DNA of 64,000 nt from Macrostomum lignano (lineage: Eukaryota): assembly GCA_002269645.1 (NCBI GenBank), contig NIVC01000108.1:516963-580962 (forward strand), read 5' to 3'. Shown here piece by piece: positions 24,301 to 37,000 of the stretch. Each line of letters begins with the position of its first letter. The stretch's first letter is position 1. The notes below the pieces were generated by a model that worked only from the letters and a program-made list of their open reading frames with translations, made no database searches and had not been told where the DNA came from. Both the position numbers and the translations under genes were made by a program.

Positions 24301-27300
24301 ACGAGAGATCGACGGGGCCGCAGCGAGCTTCTAATCGTCGCGTCGACTCGACCGTCCAAGAGCTGCAGGCGGAGGAGGCAGATGAGGAGGCTTTCTCGCT
24401 GCACGTCATGGCCGCCGCCGTAGGCGGCAAGATTCCGCCAATTAAGACCACCATCGACATCGACGGCACGCCAGTCTGCATGGAGGTCGATACTGGGGCG
24501 TCTGTGTCACTCATCTCTGCGAAGACCTACAACGAAGCACTACGAGGGCGTCCCAGACTCGAGCGAGTCAACACGCAGCTGCGGACGTACTCCGGAGAGC
24601 TGGTGCCCGTTCTCGGCCAACTTCGAGTTCGCGCGCAGACCGAGATCGCCAGCAAGGTGCTGCCGCTGCTCGTGATCGATGGTGCCGGCTCGAATCTGGT
24701 TGGCCGCGACTGGCTGGCCGAACTTCCGCTGGACTGGCGAGACATCAAGCAGGTGCAACAGCATCCGTCAGGGCAACCAGGACTCAAGAGCCTGCTGGAC
24801 AAGTACGCCGAAGTCTTCGAGCCGGGCCTTGGTCGGTACACGGGGCCCGCGGTTCGGCTGCAGCTGAAAGCCTCAGCGCGGCCGAGGTTCTTTAAGCCCA
24901 GAAACGTCCCGCTTGCGCTAAAGGAGAAGGTCGAGGCGCAACTTGAAAAAGAGATCGAACAGGGAGTGCTGAAGCCGGTGAGCAGCTCGGACTACGCGTC
25001 TCCGATCGTACCCGTTTTAAAGACAGATGGCTCGGTCCACATATGCGCTGATTTTAAACAAACGGTGAACCTCGACGTCGAGCCCGACACGTACCCGGTG
25101 CCGAGAATCGAGGAGCTCTTCGCGAAACTGGCCGGCGGAAAGAAATTCACCAAGCTTGACTTGTCGCAAGCGTACTCGCAGCTGCCTCTGGACGAAGCCT
25201 CGCAAGAACTCTGCACCATCAACACCAGCAAGGGGCTGCTGCGGTACACGAGACTGCCGTTCGGAGTTGCTCCCGCTGTCGGCATTTTCCAGCGCCAGAT
25301 GGACTGCCTCCTGCAGGGCATTCCCCACGTCACCTGCTTTGTTGACGACCTGCTGGTTACCGGCGTGGATGATGACAGCCACCTGAAGACGCTGGAGCAG
25401 GTCCTTCGGCGACTGCAGCAGAGCGGCCTTCGGTGCGGCCTGAGTAAGTGCAGCTTTATGCAGCAGAGCATCAGCTACCTCGGGCACCGAATCGACGCCG
25501 AAGGGCTGCACCCTCTCCAGGACAAGGTGCGGGCGATCCAGGACGCGCCACCGCCCCGCGACCAGACGCAGCTGCGCAGCTTCCTCGGGCTGGTAAATTA
25601 TTACGGCAAGTTCATGCCCAATCTGTCAACCGAACTGGCGCCGCTGAACCAGCTGCTGAACAAGGGCGCCCCCTGGCGATGGGACGCTGTGCAGGACGAG
25701 GCGTTTCGCAGGTGCAAGTCGCTACTCAGCCAGGCACCGGTGCTTGCGCATTTCGACCGTCAGAAGCCGCTGGTGCTCGAGTGCGACGCCTCGCATTATG
25801 GCATCGGCGCCGTCATCAGCCACCGAATTGACGGAGTCGATAGGCCGATCGCCTTCGCCTCTCGCACGCTACATGAAGCAGAGACCCGATACTCCCAGCT
25901 CGAGAAGGAGGCGCTCGCGGTCATTTACGGAGTTAAGAAATTTCACATGTACCTGTTCGGGCGAGACTTCAAGCTGGTGAGCGACCACAAGCCGCTGCTC
26001 GGTCTGCTGCACCAGTCCAAGCCGATACCAGCACTGGCTTCTGGCAGAATCCAGCGGTGGGCGCTGCTCCTGGCCGGCTACCAGTACTCCATGGTCCACC
26101 GAGCGGGCAAGTCGCTGCTTCGAGCCGATGCGCTGAGTCGGCTGCCGCTGCCGGAGAAGCCGAAGGAAGCGCCAACTCCAGCTGAAGTCGTCCTACTCAT
26201 GGACTTCCTGGACGAGGGACCGGTGACGGCTCGGCACATCCGGACGTGGACTCGGACAGACCCGGACTTGTCCCGAGTTCTGCGTTTCACTGAGACCGGC
26301 TGCTGGCCAGAGCGGCCGCCGCCTGAGCTGCAGCCGTACTGCACGCGAGCCGACCAGCTGAGCACCCAAGACGGCTGTCTGCTCTGGGGCTGCCGAGTCG
26401 TAGTTCCCGAGGCCGGTCGGGAGGCGCTGCTGCACTGCCTGCACCAGGGGCACCAGGGCGCCACGAGAATGAAGGCGCTGGCTCGAAGCGTTTTCTGGTG
26501 GCCCAAGCTGGACGAGGCGATCGAGCGGCTGGTCGCCGCGTGCACCGAGTGCCAGGAGATGCAGAAGTCGCCAGGTCCGTTTCCACTGCAGCCGTGGGCG
26601 TGGCCGGACAAGCCGTGGTCGCGCCTGCACATTGACTACGCCGGGCCAGTCCAGGGCCAGATGTTGCTGGTTGTCGTGGACGCTCACTCCAAGTGGATGG
26701 ACGTGCATGTGATGCCTTCGACGTCGTCGACTGCGACTATCGAGAAGCTGCGGTCGAGCTTTGCAACTCACGGTCTGCCGGACGTGATCGTCTCCGACAA
26801 CGGTCCGAACCTGGTCAGCGCGGAGATGGAGACATTCCTGAGCAAGAACGGCATCCGGCATGTGCGCACGGCTCCGTACCACCCGGCGTCCAACGGCCAA
26901 GCAGAGCGAGCAGTTCAGACTCTGAAGCGTGCGCTGGCCAAGCAGCGAAGCGGCTCTCTGGAGGAGCGAGTCTCCCGGTTCCTCCTGACGTACCGAGTCA
27001 CGCCGCATGCGACTACCGGGACGGCTCCCTGCGAGCTGCTGATGGGGGGGGAGGCTGAAATCGTTGCTCGACCGAGTCCGCCCTGACCTGCCCGCCCGGG
27101 TGGCCGTCCAGCAGGCACTGCAGAAGGAGCAGCACGATGCCCACGCGCACGACCGCCGCATTAATGTCGGCGACTCGGTGCTGGCGCGAGACTTCGCGAG
27201 AGACGGACGCTGGAGACCGGCGACAGTCACGGACAGTTCTGGTGCGGCCGACTTCACGTGCCGGTTCGATGACGGCAGAGACGCACACAGGCACGTGGAC

Positions 27301-28765
27301 CAGCTGCGCAAGCCGGCCGCGGTCAGTCAGCTTCCGACCGAGCCGGCGGTACCAGCGGCAGCGGTGCCGCAGTGCGATGCGGTGCCGAAGGGCGCATCCG
27401 AAGTTTTTGCTGACGGCGTTGCTACTGAGGCTGCGGCGGAGCCTGACGCCATGCCGCAGCTTCGCCGTTCGATGAGGAAGTGCGCTGCACCTGAGCGACT
27501 GACTTACAGCTGAAGTAACTGTTGTTGATGAACTCGATTTTAGTACCTTAGTTGTGTTGCTCGCTTCAATATTTTTTTTTAATTATTACTAATAGTGTTA
27601 ATTTTTGTTAATCTTACTTTAATACTTAAGTGCGAAGGGATGTGATGACTTGATATTGAGAGTTTGCATTTGCGGTTTTGGGGTTGGCCTGCGCTGGGGG
27701 GTTGGAAGGCACGCTCAAGTTGCCTTTTAATTTATCGATTGTAATGTACGCACGTACTTTGTGCATGCCTAATATTAAAATATATATATCGACTGATTCT
27801 GGCTTTTGAGCCCTCGTGTTTTTGTTATCGTCCGCCAAATATTGCAATCGTTGACTCTGTTAAAATTTCCATTCCATTTCCATTCCATTTCCATTCCATT
27901 TCCATTCCATTTCCATTCCATTTCCATTCCATTTCCATTCCATTTCCATTCCATTTCCATTCCATTTCCATTCCATTTCCATTCCATTTCCATTCCATTT
28001 CCATTCCATTTCCATATTAATAGTGTGAATCTTGAAGTGGAAAACTAAAATGCTCACCTTCTCTTTGTCCTTCCTCCTGTCTCTGTTCCAGTCTTTGTCG
28101 TCGCCCCGGTCTCCGCTGCCTCCCGAAGAGCTGCGGCGCGGCCGCGGCTTGGGCGAGGTCGACGCTTCCCGCTCGTCCCGCCTGGCTGCCTGCCGGGCCG
28201 CCGGCTCCGGCCGGGAGGACGAGGCGGGCGAGCGGCCGGCGGGCGAGCGGCCGGCGGGCGAGCGGCGCCCCCTGGCCGAATCGGCGCCTCCGTCGGCCGG
28301 CGTCGGCTCGTCGAAGCTGGACAGCCGCGACCGGCCGGCCGGCTCGGGCGACTTGCCCGGCCTCTTGGTCTTCAGCAGCGGCGACTTCGAGCGAAACGAA
28401 GACGAGTCGCGGCTGCGGCCGCTGGCGCCCGCTTCTTCGTCGATCTCCTCTTCGATGTCGGAGCCGCGGCTGGCTAGCGAGGCTCGCTTCGGCTGCGGCG
28501 GCTGCCAGCCGAGCGCGGCGGCCGCGGCGGAGGGACCGGCCGCTGTTCGCGAATCCGGACTCCGACGGGCCGCCCGCTGTCGGGCCGCTTGCTGCTCAAC
28601 GCCGACGCCGCGCGGGCGCGAACCAGTGTTCTCGTCGTCTGAGCGGCCGATGCCGAAGTCCTCATCCGAGTCGGACAGCGCAGGCCCACCGCGGCTGCGC
28701 CGGCGCGGCTGCGGTGCCGCTGAGTCGCCGCCGCTCGGCCGCGAACTCTTCAGGTATTTCGACAT
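18323..28765 (-). CDS. MAP9: Microtubule-associated protein 9 (ASAP)-like protein, about 774 aa, 5 exons
   Basis: Exons 28058-28765, 22356-23078, 21835-22015, 21211-21464, 18323-18781 join in phase (2325 nt). Disordered S/R/D/K-rich N-half, then STIRQSVFADWYAAK, AAFESWLKNKK, AAFAKWREQK, AFLEWSRRK helices resembling the MAP9 C-terminal domain (IRAAVYQEW, ASFEAWK), ending AWRP. The symbol is by recalled similarity. Confidence 0.72.
18900..21160. repeat. 20-bp intronic minisatellite (CCCCATCCAGGCCTCAGACA)n, about 2.3 kb
   Basis: Tandem units in MAP9-like intron 4; source of the 842-aa repeat ORF. Confidence 0.95.
21520..21800. repeat. 21-bp intronic minisatellite (GAGGAGTCTCAAGTAAGATCT)n
   Basis: Tandem units in MAP9-like intron 3. 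Confidence 0.9.
22050..22350. repeat. About 17-19 bp intronic minisatellite (CCTCAGCCACCCTACCCATG-like)
   Basis: Degenerate tandem units in MAP9-like intron 2. Confidence 0.85.
23096..23336. repeat. 11-bp satellite (TTCCATTCCAT)n, left arm split by the LTR element
   Basis: Perfect tandem units. Confidence 0.95.
23337..27864 (+). mobile_element. Full-length Ty3/gypsy LTR retrotransposon, Mag/K02A2.6-like clade
   Basis: 224-bp LTRs at 23337-23560 and 27641-27864 differ at 2 positions by my alignment. PBS TGGCGACGAG at 23562, purine tract before 27641, 5-bp TSD ATTTC. Domain order PR-RT-RH-INT. Confidence 0.95.
23574..27513 (+). CDS. Single gag-pol polyprotein with a 1-bp frameshift in a G8 run near 27044-27051
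   Basis: Two CCHC knuckles (CYRC..H..C, CYAC..H..C), protease EVDTGAS, RT FVDD, RNase H CDAS, integrase HHCC and HIDYAGP/SDNGP/ERAVQT. The C-terminus continues in ORF 27064-27513. Confidence 0.93.
27865..28015. repeat. 11-bp satellite (TTCCATTCCAT)n, right arm
   Basis: Same unit as 23096-23336, resuming at the TSD. Confidence 0.95.
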
Positions 28766-31042
28766 GGAGCTCGAGCTGTTTGTCAAAAAGGCTGAAAATC
28801 GAGCGACGATTTTTATATGCAAAATGGGACACTCTAAACTGAGAAATTTTATGGGTTTTTTGGATTTTTTAGCAAATCAAATAAGTCTTGAAGCTATTAT
28901 AAAGTTTTTGAGCTTCAATGATACAATATATGTCAAACTAATTTAATTTTTGGCTGGAATCATTGCAGCTCCGTTTCCATTTATTAGAAAAATGAAAATA
29001 ATAGTTTCTACAAACAATTTTCTATTTTACTAACAATTTATAGTTGAAGCATTCGCTTAGCGCCAGTTGATGCCTTTTTAGGATTAACTGGGATACATGA
29101 TATAAATATTTCCATAAATACATTTTGATTCACTCGAGGTAAAAATTCAATAAAAATCTGGGTATAAAAAGTTATTAATCTCGAGGACTGTTTCAAAAAA
29201 TTTCATTAATCCAAAAAACCTATTTCAGTAATTGTAGGTACAATCCAATCTACAATTAAGCTAAAATATCAATTATGGATTATCAAGCCAAAATAGTCAT
29301 AAGTTTGGTTTAGGAACAAAATTTGATGCATTTCTAGGCAAAATGAATTCATTAAAGCCCTTGTTTAATTAATAACTAAAATTGCCAGAATAGCTATCTA
29401 TAATAATTTTATGGCTCTGTGTTTCTATTTTGATAATACTTAAAGTACGATGAACATAAACTCATGCTCGTTACACAAATTTTACGTTCCATTATTGATT
29501 TGGTCGCACTAATACCAAAATCGAGAACGACCGTATATTCTAAAACAGATTGATTTCAAACTATAGGATATTTTAGGTATACAAATGCAATCTATGCAAA
29601 TAGGAGAGCTGCTAGCCTAGACTAGAGGAATGTAGCTGAAGAAATGTATTAAGAGAAGTAATTTGTTCTGGAATCGGGAAGTTATATTTTGCTGTTGTAT
29701 ACATGATTTAGGACGTAGTCATGCTAACCAGTTAGAGTTTATCAGTTGAACAGAAACAAAAAATGCAAACGTTATTTTTCATTTCAGAAAAGTAAGATAG
29801 ATAAAACTAAACTGTTTTAGCTTTGTTTTAACTGTTTAATTTCTTTTATAAAAACAAAATGTATCGCAAAACACTAACGGATAGTAGTAGGCAACACTTT
29901 TATACTGACAGTTTAATAAACTATGTTTATTATTATTGTTTTTAAAAAGAAATTAGCAATCAAAAAAATGTATACCTTGGTACGCATGCAACATTTAACT
30001 GGTTCAAACTACGATAATTTTTCATTCATACGCGTTTGTCGGTGACAAAAACTCATTGACTGTTTTTTTAGTTTTCTTTAAAAAGCATCAGTAATATATA
30101 GCTTTTCATGATGTTAAGCTTATGCCTTATAAAAGTAGTCCGGTAGAATTAGGATGAAAAAGTGTTTACACAATTTTTAATACGTTACAACTTACAAATA
30201 AAAGTAGGAAATGTTATGTAACAGAAAATATCAATTTGAGTTGATGATGTTGAATTGGTGTATAAATTCTAGCAATCATTTCTAGTTCGTGGCAGGTCTA
30301 TTTCATTTTTTATATATCTGATTTCAAGGGAAGAAAGAGTAAACACTTATATAAAACGCGTTTGTCCAGTATATTTTTTTCTATATAATATATTTCTGTT
30401 CATTCGAAATAATAATTTTAGATTTTAATTAAATAATAATATTTTTGATACTTGATGAATATCTATATAAAAGAGAGCATTGAAAAGGTTAGTTTAAAGA
30501 GATGACAAGAGTTAATGCTTCTGACCTTTTTTATCTTGCTAACGAAAGTATGGTAGAAAGGATACTTTTCAAGGAATTTTGGCCTTTTTATAAGTAGGTA
30601 ATAATGAAGTTATTGAACTTTTTACGCAAAATTCTACGTATTCAACTTCATTATAATATCTAGCTGAGTCACTTGCCTCAGAAGAGTTCTAAACAGACAA
30701 ATTTTATTAAATAATTATATGTTTTGAACTTTACAGTCAGCTGAACAGAGTAAGTAAGTTTTGAGTAGTTTTAAAAGTATAATTTACTTTTACTTTTTAA
30801 GAGGGTGATAGAGTGTGAGTCACCCTATCACCCTCTTATTTTTTAAAATTCAATATAAGTTAGATTAGTCTAAGTTGATCAGCCCTTTCTACATAGTTTT
30901 GCATAAGATGTATTGGGCTTTCAAATTGGGTGTGAATCGGGTATATGCCCTCTTTGATTATGCAGCATAAAAATTCTCATCCATTTTGTGTGGTCGCCGA
31001 AGCCCGCCAAAAGCATGAGTCAGCAAATTCCGTCCCGCAGCC

Positions 31043-34000
31043 ATGTCCTACCCGCCAAGGCCGCCAGCCAATCAGCGAGCAGGCCGCACCGGCCGCGCTG
31101 CCGTGACCGCAAACGGGAACCGCACCGCCCGCATCGACATGCACGGCAGCTTTGAGTTCGACTTCAACGAGTCGGGCGGCGTCACTCGGAGCCTGCAACT
31201 CGGTGAGGTTTCAATCTATCTCACCTTTGATTAACTACTTTTGACAATCAGTAGTTAAAACGAGAGGCTCGAACTCTCCCCTCCCTTATTCCAGAGAGTT
31301 TGGACAACCGACTCCGACAGAAGAGAGTCAACGACGAAATGGTCTCGGATTCTGAGGTTGGGCTCCAATTCCTGTGATGATTGTACTTGTGTTTGTACTT
31401 TTAGCTTTACAAGACAAATGCTTTTGTTGCTTTCAATCCCCCTCCAGATCGAGTACATGGTCCGTGAAAAGCTGCGCAGGGAGCAGTTCGCCATTGAGAG
31501 CATGTTCAAGGCCTCGGACCCTGCCAGGAATGGCCGCGTGCACCGGTGAGTCACCCTATCACCCTCTTACCTTCTCAACCTCTCACTCTCTCACCCTCTC
31601 ACCCTCTCAAGCCTCTCATCATCTGAGACTCAAGCACCCTCTATGACTTAAACGCCATCTATGACTCAAACACCATCTATGACTCAAGCACCGTCTATGA
31701 CTCAAACACCATCTATGACTCAAGCACCGTCTATGACTCAAACACCATCTATGACTCAAGCACCGTCTATGACTCAAACACCATCTATGACTCAAGCACC
31801 GTCTATGACTCAAACACCATCTATGACTCAAGCACCGTCTATAAATCAAACAAAAAATCTTACAGCAACGGCCTGCTGAAAATCCTGAACACGGTGTGCG
31901 GCCACATCCGCATCGACCAGTTCCACCGGCTGCTGGACCGACTCGGTCTTGACGAGCAGCAGACGGTGTCGTTCGGTGAATTCAAAGCCGCCTGCGGCAG
32001 GCTCGACCGTCTCCAGCAGCGCCAGACTGCCGAGCGCGATGGCGCCCTGCTCAAACCGATCGGCGCCGCGCGCGTTTTTTCGCTGCTCAGACAGGAGGCC
32101 CAGGCGGGCGGATTCGATCCCCGGGACCTGCTGCCCGAGGCCTGCTTCGAGCCCGGCGGCCTGGTGCTCAAGCCGCAGCTGTGGCGAGCGCTGCGCCACG
32201 GCCTCGGGGTGCCCATGGCTGCCTCCGAGTTTGACAAGTTCTGGGACAGGTGAGACCGGGGCCTGGAAGTCAGAGGTTGGTTGGTGTGTCAGGAATTCGA
32301 CAGGTGTGTCAGAGATTCGACAGGTGTGTCAGGATTCAACAGATGTGTCAGATATTCGACAGATGTGTCAGGGATTCGAAAAAATGTGTCAGGGATTCGA
32401 CAGGTGTGTCAGTGATTCGATAGGTGCGTCAAAGATTCGATAGGTGTGTCAAAGATTCGATAGGTGTGTCAAAGATGTGTCAGAGATTCGAAAGATATGT
32501 CAGGGATTCGACAGGTGTGTCAGTGATTCGACAGGTGTGTCAGGGATTCGATAGGTGTGTCAAAGATTCGACAGGTATGTCAAAGATTCGACAGGTGTGT
32601 CAGTGATTCGATAGGTGCGTCAAAGATTCGATAGGTGTGTCAAAGATTCGACAGGTGTATCAGTGATTCGACAGGTGTGTCAGCGGTGTGACAGGGGTGT
32701 GGGTATGTATAAAATTGTCAGTTGGTATGTATTTTTATCTGAGAGATTTATTTAGATATGTCAGAAAGGTTTATAAGTAGTCAGAGGTTAAAATCGGGTT
32801 CTAAAATGTAGTCTGAAAGTTCGTCACCTGAACTTTCCCAGACGTCCATCAGAATTCAGGGACACCATAAACTTCTCCTTGCTTTAACTTCGGTGAGCTG
32901 AACCTGCTGAACCAAAACAAAAAATCACATTGCAAAAATTTCTCACACTGACTTCCTCTGAGTGTGCCGTGCCGTGCAGACACTGGGGAGTGGCTGGCCG
33001 TTGCACCTGGGAGATCACATGACCCGCTTCCCCTGCCAACTCAGAATCGACACGCAGGGCACGGGGGCGGTAAGCACCTACCAGCTGCTCGGGATGCTGG
33101 GCCTCAGCGCCAAGCAGTTCATGCTGGAGGCGCAGCCGGCCGCGCCAGTCCGCTCCCGGACGGTGCCCGCCATGCAGACTTCCAGGCGCGCCGGCCAGCG
33201 CGACCTCGGCGGCACGGGGGCTGCGGCGACAAAGAACGAAGCCAACGTGAACGTTGAGGTGAGTAATCTGCACTCATTCGAGTAGCGAACTACTGGCATT
33301 ACGAGGAAACTCATTTTCCAAATTGAAACCGCCTTCAAATCCTCTTCTGCAGGTCATTTTCAACATCTTTCGCGACAACATTGTTCAGCAGGTGAGCCTG
33401 AGTCGCTTTATTACTGGCATGCCTGAATTGCTACTTTGAGTAGGCAGATGGCAAAAAACTTCGTATTTTTTACTTTAATTTGTAGTTTGCTGCTGCCTAA
33501 AGTTTCAATACTAATATTACACTCGCTCTACTATCAGTAAAATGAGCGCGTATCGTTTTTTAACGACAGGACGACGCCGCTGCGCTGCGGAAGCCGCCAA
33601 CGCCGGCCAGCAGCCGCCGGGAGGCGGAACTCGCCGATTACGCCGAGGAGCTGCGCTACCTGCGGCGCTACGAGATGCTGCGGCAGAGGCGACCGCTGTT
33701 TGAGCACTTCATGGATAACCTGTTCTACATTGTGAGTGGCTTTGATTGGTTCAGGGATTGGATTGGTTTAAGGATTTGAGTGGCTCAGAGATTTGATTGG
33801 CTCAGGGATTTGATTGGTTCAGGGATTCGATTGGTTCAGGATTTGATTGGTTCAGGGATTTGCTTGGTTCAGGGATTTGATTGGTTCAGGGATTTGATTG
33901 GTTGAGAGATTTGATTGGCTCAGAATCTGTTGCATAAATCTACAAGGCTACTGGCAGTAGACGTCGCAGCGCACGATTTCTGGAACTTTCCCTTTCAGTT

Positions 34001-37000
34001 TGACGAGGCCTACAACGCCATGCTGGTGACCTTCAGGCACTGCGACGCGCTGCAAGACGGATACGCCTCGCTGACGACCTTCCAGAGCATCTTGCAGCAG
34101 TTCGGATTCGAGACCCGGACCTCGGACCTGGAGCAGTTTCTGCAGAGGTTCAGCATGCGATCAGCCAGGGGCACCCTGAGCTACACGGAGCTGCTGGACC
34201 GCCTCAACGCCAGGGGCCCCAACTCGCTGCTGCACAAATACCTGCTGTCTGACAGGTCGCCTGTGGGGTGAGCACAGGGGTTTGAGCCTGCTGAGATGGG
34301 ACTGGCTGAGATGGGACTGGCTGAGATGGGACTGACTAAGATAAGACTGGCTGAGATGGGACTGGCTTAGATAAAATTGGCTGAGATGGGACTGGCTTAG
34401 ATAAAATTGGCTGAGATGGGACTGGCTTAGATAGAATTGGTTGAGATGGGACTGGCTTAGAATTGACTGAGATGGACTGGCTGAGATTGGACTGGCTGAG
34501 ACGGGACTCAAAGATCCGCGACCCACACTCCAGCCTGGACGAGACCTTCACCCCCAGCAGCGCGCCGCTGACGCCCTACCAGCTGGAGCTGCAGCTGCTG
34601 CGGTTTTTCCACCGGGACTACCTGCAGATGTACTTCGGATTCCTGTGAGCACTTTTTTGATTATATAGGTTATTTTCGGCCTTCAAAAATATCCTGACAC
34701 CCCGGCTCCCCGCTCGTGTCCGCAGTCGTCACGACCAGAAAAAGTCGGGCATCATCACTGAGGCCGCCTTCCGCTCGGTGCTTCGGCGGCTGCTGCCCGA
34801 AGACGAACTCGGCGATGCTCAGCTGGACGAAGTGCTGGCCAAGATTTCCAGGAATCGCAGCGGTGCCGTGCCGTACAGGGCCTTCCTGGAGCTGTTCCAC
34901 ATTTCGTGAGCTGGGGTTCCGGTTGGGAACTAGATCTAGCTGCAGATCTAAATGAGGAACTAGATCTAGCTGTCGATCTAAATGAGGAACTAGATCTAGC
35001 TGTCGATCTAAATGAGGAACTAGATCTTGCTGTCGATCTAAATGAGGAACTAGATCTAGCTGTCGATCTAAATGAGGAACTAGATCTTGCTGTCGATCTA
35101 AATGAGGAACTAGATCTAGCTGCAGATCTAAATGAGGAACTAGATCTAGCTGTAGATCCCAATGAGGAACTAGATCTAGCTGCAGATCTAAATGAGGAAC
35201 TAGATCTAGCTGCAGATCTAAATGAGGAACATGATCTAGCTGTAGATCCCAATGAGGAACTAGATCTAGCTGCAGATCTAAATGAGGAACTAGATCTAGC
35301 TGTAGATCTAAATGAGGAACTTGATCTAGCTGTAGATCCGAAACTCGGAAGTAGATCCGGCATCCCTGTCGCCCGCCTCCCGCAGGCCGAACTCCTGGAA
35401 CCGGGATGCCGCAGCCGGTCGAGTCCGCATCTCGCGGCCGCCCACGCCGCTCCGCCCGCAGTCGGCTTCCGTGTCGGCAGGCGCCGCCGCCGCCGCCCTC
35501 GAGGAGCTGCGGCTGTCCAGAGCGGCGCAGGAGGAAGCGGCGACAGCGCAGGACCGTCTGGCGACCCGGCGGGGTGACCGACCGGTCAGTGAGACCAGCC
35601 TGCTGGTGGAGGACGCCCTGCGTCACCGGTTCCACCAGGTGGACAAGCTGTACAAGCAGATGGACCGGCGGAACACGGGCCGGCTGAGCAAGGCTCAGTT
35701 CCGGAGCCTGCTGGGCGCGTGAGTGACAGTTCTGGGATTTGCGGGATGAGTCACTCTATGATGCGATTGATGAGTCACTCTATGATGCGATTGATGAGTC
35801 ACTCTATGATGCGATGGATGAGTCACTCTATGATGCAATGGATGAGTCACTCTATGATGCGATGGATGAGTCACTCTATGATGCGATGGATGAGTCACTC
35901 TATGATGCGATGGATGAGTCACTCTATGATGCGATGGATGAGTCACTCTATGATGCGATGGATGAGTCACTCTGTTGTCCGGTTCATGGAGTCACTTTAT
36001 AATGCGATTGATGAGTCACTCTATGATGCAATTGATGAGTCATTCTATGATGCGATTGTTGAGTCACTCTATGATGCGATTGATGAGTCATTCTATGATG
36101 CGATTGTTGAGTCACTCTATGATGCGATTGATGAGTCACTCTGTTGTCCGGTTCATGGAGTCACTTTATGATACAATTGATGAGTCACTCTATGGTGCGA
36201 TTGATAAGTCACTCTATGATGCGCTTAATAAATTATTCTACCAACCAAAGTGAGTCACTTAGCCTCAACTCTTCCCCGAACTTTCAGAGCCAGCGTGACC
36301 CTGACAGACTCGGAGCTGGACACCCTGTGGTCCACGCTGGACACTGACGCTCAGGGCGGCTGGACTTACAGGCAGATGGTGCGCTACTTCATGACTAACC
36401 TGCACGAGCGAACGCAGGAGCGGCTTCGGACTACCAACGGTGGCAGAAACGGGTGGCGCTGTGAGTTTCCAGTGTATGACGTCATCCCGCATCATCCAAT
36501 CAGAGTTTGCCAAGAGCTAAAAGGCTGTCTGCCCCTGTATCCCATATCAGCCAATCAGAGATCGCCAACAGCTAAAAGGCTCTCTGCCCCTGTATTCCAT
36601 ATCAGCCTATCAGAGATCCCCAAAAGCTAAAAGGCTCTCTGCACCTGTATCCCATATCAGCCAATCAGAGATTCCCAAGAGCTAAAAGGCTCTTTGCCCC
36701 TGTATCCCATATCAGCCAATCAGAGATCGCCAAGGGCTAAAAGTTTATCTGCGTACTTCAACCAATAAGAAGCCGATCGGTGCGAACTAATTTCCAAAAT
36801 GAGAACTCTTTCTCTTTCTCTGCAGGTCAAACCGCCGACCCCAACGTGACCCGCCTCAGGCAGTGGCGGGCAGCCAATCAGCAGCGAGCCACGCAGCCGT
36901 CGCGGGCCCAGCCGGCCGCTCGCTTGTCGACACCCCAGGAGGTTGTCGATCTGCGAGCCGACGCCCTGATTGACAAGTGCCGCCTGGTGGTCGTGGAAAA

